Below are positions 26,969 to 28,484 of a DNA stretch of 28,484 nucleotides, one piece after another. The number at the start of each line of letters is the position of its first letter. Within the stretch, counting starts at the first letter, position 1. Location of the stretch: assembly GCA_947626095.1 (NCBI GenBank), contig CANQQV010000017.1, positions 1-28,484 of the forward strand. Reading direction: 5' to 3'. A model generated the notes under the pieces. It saw only the letters and a program-made list of their open reading frames with translations, searched no databases and was not told the origin of the DNA. Both the position numbers and the translations under genes were made by a program. The DNA is from an uncultured Bacilli bacterium (GTDB lineage: Bacteria > Bacillota_I > Bacilli_A > RF39 > UBA660).

Positions 26969-27730
26969 ATGAAAGCATTAGTTACAGGTGCTAGTTCAGG
27001 TATTGGTAAAGACATGGCTATTTATTTAAGTACTTTAGGTTATGACTTAATTTTAGTTAGTCGTGATGAAAATCGTTTAAAAGAAACCGCCAGTAAAATA
27101 AAAACTAATGTTACTATTTATCCAACCGATTTATGTGGTACAGATAATTGTTATAAACTATATGATAAATTTAAAGATGAAGATATCGATTTACTCGTTA
27201 ATGGTGCTGGCTTTGGTTTATTTGGTAATACTTGGGAAACTGATTTAAATAGAGAACTAAAAATGATCGATTTAAATATTAAAGGACTCCATATCTTAAC
27301 TAAACTCTTTTTACAAGATATGGTTAAAAAAGATAAAGGTCGTATTTTAAATATTGCTTCTTCTGCTGGCTTTTTATCTGGTCCTATCTTAAATACTTAT
27401 TATGCAACTAAAAACTATGTTACAAAATGGACAATGGGTATTTATGAAGAACTACGTAAAGAAAAAAGTCATGTTCATGTAAGTTGTTTATGTCCTGGTC
27501 CAGTTAATACTAACTTTAACAAAGTAGCAGGTGGCTCATTTAATCTTAAAGGTTTAAGTAGTGAATACGTTGCTAAATATGGTATTGATAAATGTCTAAA
27601 AAATAAATTAATTATTATTCCAGGCCTTACTGTAAAATTAGGGGTTTTTATGAATCGCTTCTTACCATATAAATTATCTTTAAGAATTGTCTATCATATA
27701 CAAAATAAAAAATGTCAAAGGAATGGTTAA
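26969..27730 (+). CDS. Short-chain dehydrogenase/reductase (SDR)
   Basis: TGASSGIG, NGAG, NIASS, YYATK (YxxxK), CPGPVNT. Confidence 0.95.
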   Translation: MKALVTGASSGIGKDMAIYLSTLGYDLILVSRDENRLKETASKIKTNVTIYPTDLCGTDNCYKLYDKFKDEDIDLLVNGAGFGLFGNTWETDLNRELKMIDLNIKGLHILTKLFLQDMVKKDKGRILNIASSAGFLSGPILNTYYATKNYVTKWTMGIYEELRKEKSHVHVSCLCPGPVNTNFNKVAGGSFNLKGLSSEYVAKYGIDKCLKNKLIIIPGLTVKLGVFMNRFLPYKLSLRIVYHIQNKKCQRNG

Positions 27731-27731
27731 T

Positions 27732-28388
27732 ATGTTTGGATATATGTTAAAAAATTTACCAGCTAAATATGTTTTTGCTGGTTATAGTATTAGAAAAAGT
27801 TATACTATTTTAACTAGTGTTGTTGATGGACATGTTGTTTATGATTCATTTATGTATACTTATATTGATAATTATTTATCTTTTTATTTATTAATGGAAA
27901 ATGGTAAATATAAAAATGTTGAAACAAAAGATGAAGTTCCTTTAGCAACTGCTGAAGATTTAATAAGTAGACATATATCACGTGGTAAACCAGAAAAAAG
28001 AGAAGACTATGAAAACGTTGATAAAGATAAAATTGTTGGTGTCTTTGGTATTCGTGATATGGAAACTTTAATGAAAATAGTTGATGAAAAAGCTCAAGAA
28101 AGTGAATCAGTTGATATTAAACTTGAAGCAATGCTCGATATCAAAGCTCAATACATGGGTATGGAAATAATTGGTACAATCAATCGTTTTAATAGTTTAT
28201 TAGGCTACCCTAAAGGAATAATTACTATTCCTGCTATTAAAAATAGTTTTGATGATCCATACGAATCAGTAATAGGTGATGAAATGGATTTCTTTGATTT
28301 AGTAAGTAATAAAAATGCTGATGAAATAGTTGCTGATTTAAAAAAATTATCAGAACAACTAGACGGTATTGGTAACAAGAAAAAATAA
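27732..28388 (+). CDS. Hypothetical protein
   Basis: Open frame; AAAGGA RBS supports ATG 27732, just after the SDR stop. Confidence 0.7.
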   Translation: MFGYMLKNLPAKYVFAGYSIRKSYTILTSVVDGHVVYDSFMYTYIDNYLSFYLLMENGKYKNVETKDEVPLATAEDLISRHISRGKPEKREDYENVDKDKIVGVFGIRDMETLMKIVDEKAQESESVDIKLEAMLDIKAQYMGMEIIGTINRFNSLLGYPKGIITIPAIKNSFDDPYESVIGDEMDFFDLVSNKNADEIVADLKKLSEQLDGIGNKKK

Positions 28389-28412
28389 AGATCTATTTAA
28401 GATCTTTATTTT
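28382..28412 (+). terminator. Intrinsic terminator
   Basis: AAAATAAAGATCT-ATTTA-AGATCTTTATTTT. Confidence 0.8.
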
Positions 28413-28484
28413 CAGAGCGTTGACAAAGTCAATAGCTCTTTTCTTTTTAAAAAATATATTATATAATTTATTTGTAAGGTTGCT

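Overview
Very AT-rich bacterial chromosomal DNA in the standard genetic code (TGA is used as a stop at 13552). It has Firmicutes-type Shine-Dalgarno sites and TG-extended -10 promoters. Gene content and style suggest a small-genome, walled member of the Bacilli (RF39-like; inference). Recognisable genes are a YfcC-like transporter, cysS, a YugP-like Zn peptidase, two FemABX/MurMN ligases, a family-6 UDG, uvrB (the only minus-strand gene), a HigBA-like module, a fused acyl-CoA dehydratase activase, a CBS-type Mn pyrophosphatase and an SDR. Two regions stand out. (1) At the left edge, a surface-protein reading frame (31-1314) starts in the middle of a signal peptide with no start codon or RBS. 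It directly follows a gene whose last 19 bp are identical to its own, and it carries a 22-bp palindrome with a 2-bp asymmetric core in the signal-peptide remnant. This looks like the last unit of a silent-cassette array for recombinational antigenic variation. (2) A tightly coupled five-gene operon of unknown proteins (9457-13868) combines two long helical proteins, a C-terminal RelE/Gp49-like domain, a small HTH protein and mTERF-like repeats. An atypical kinase-like protein and a repeat-rich uvrB leader also merit follow-up. All domain calls were made by eye from motifs; no searches were run.
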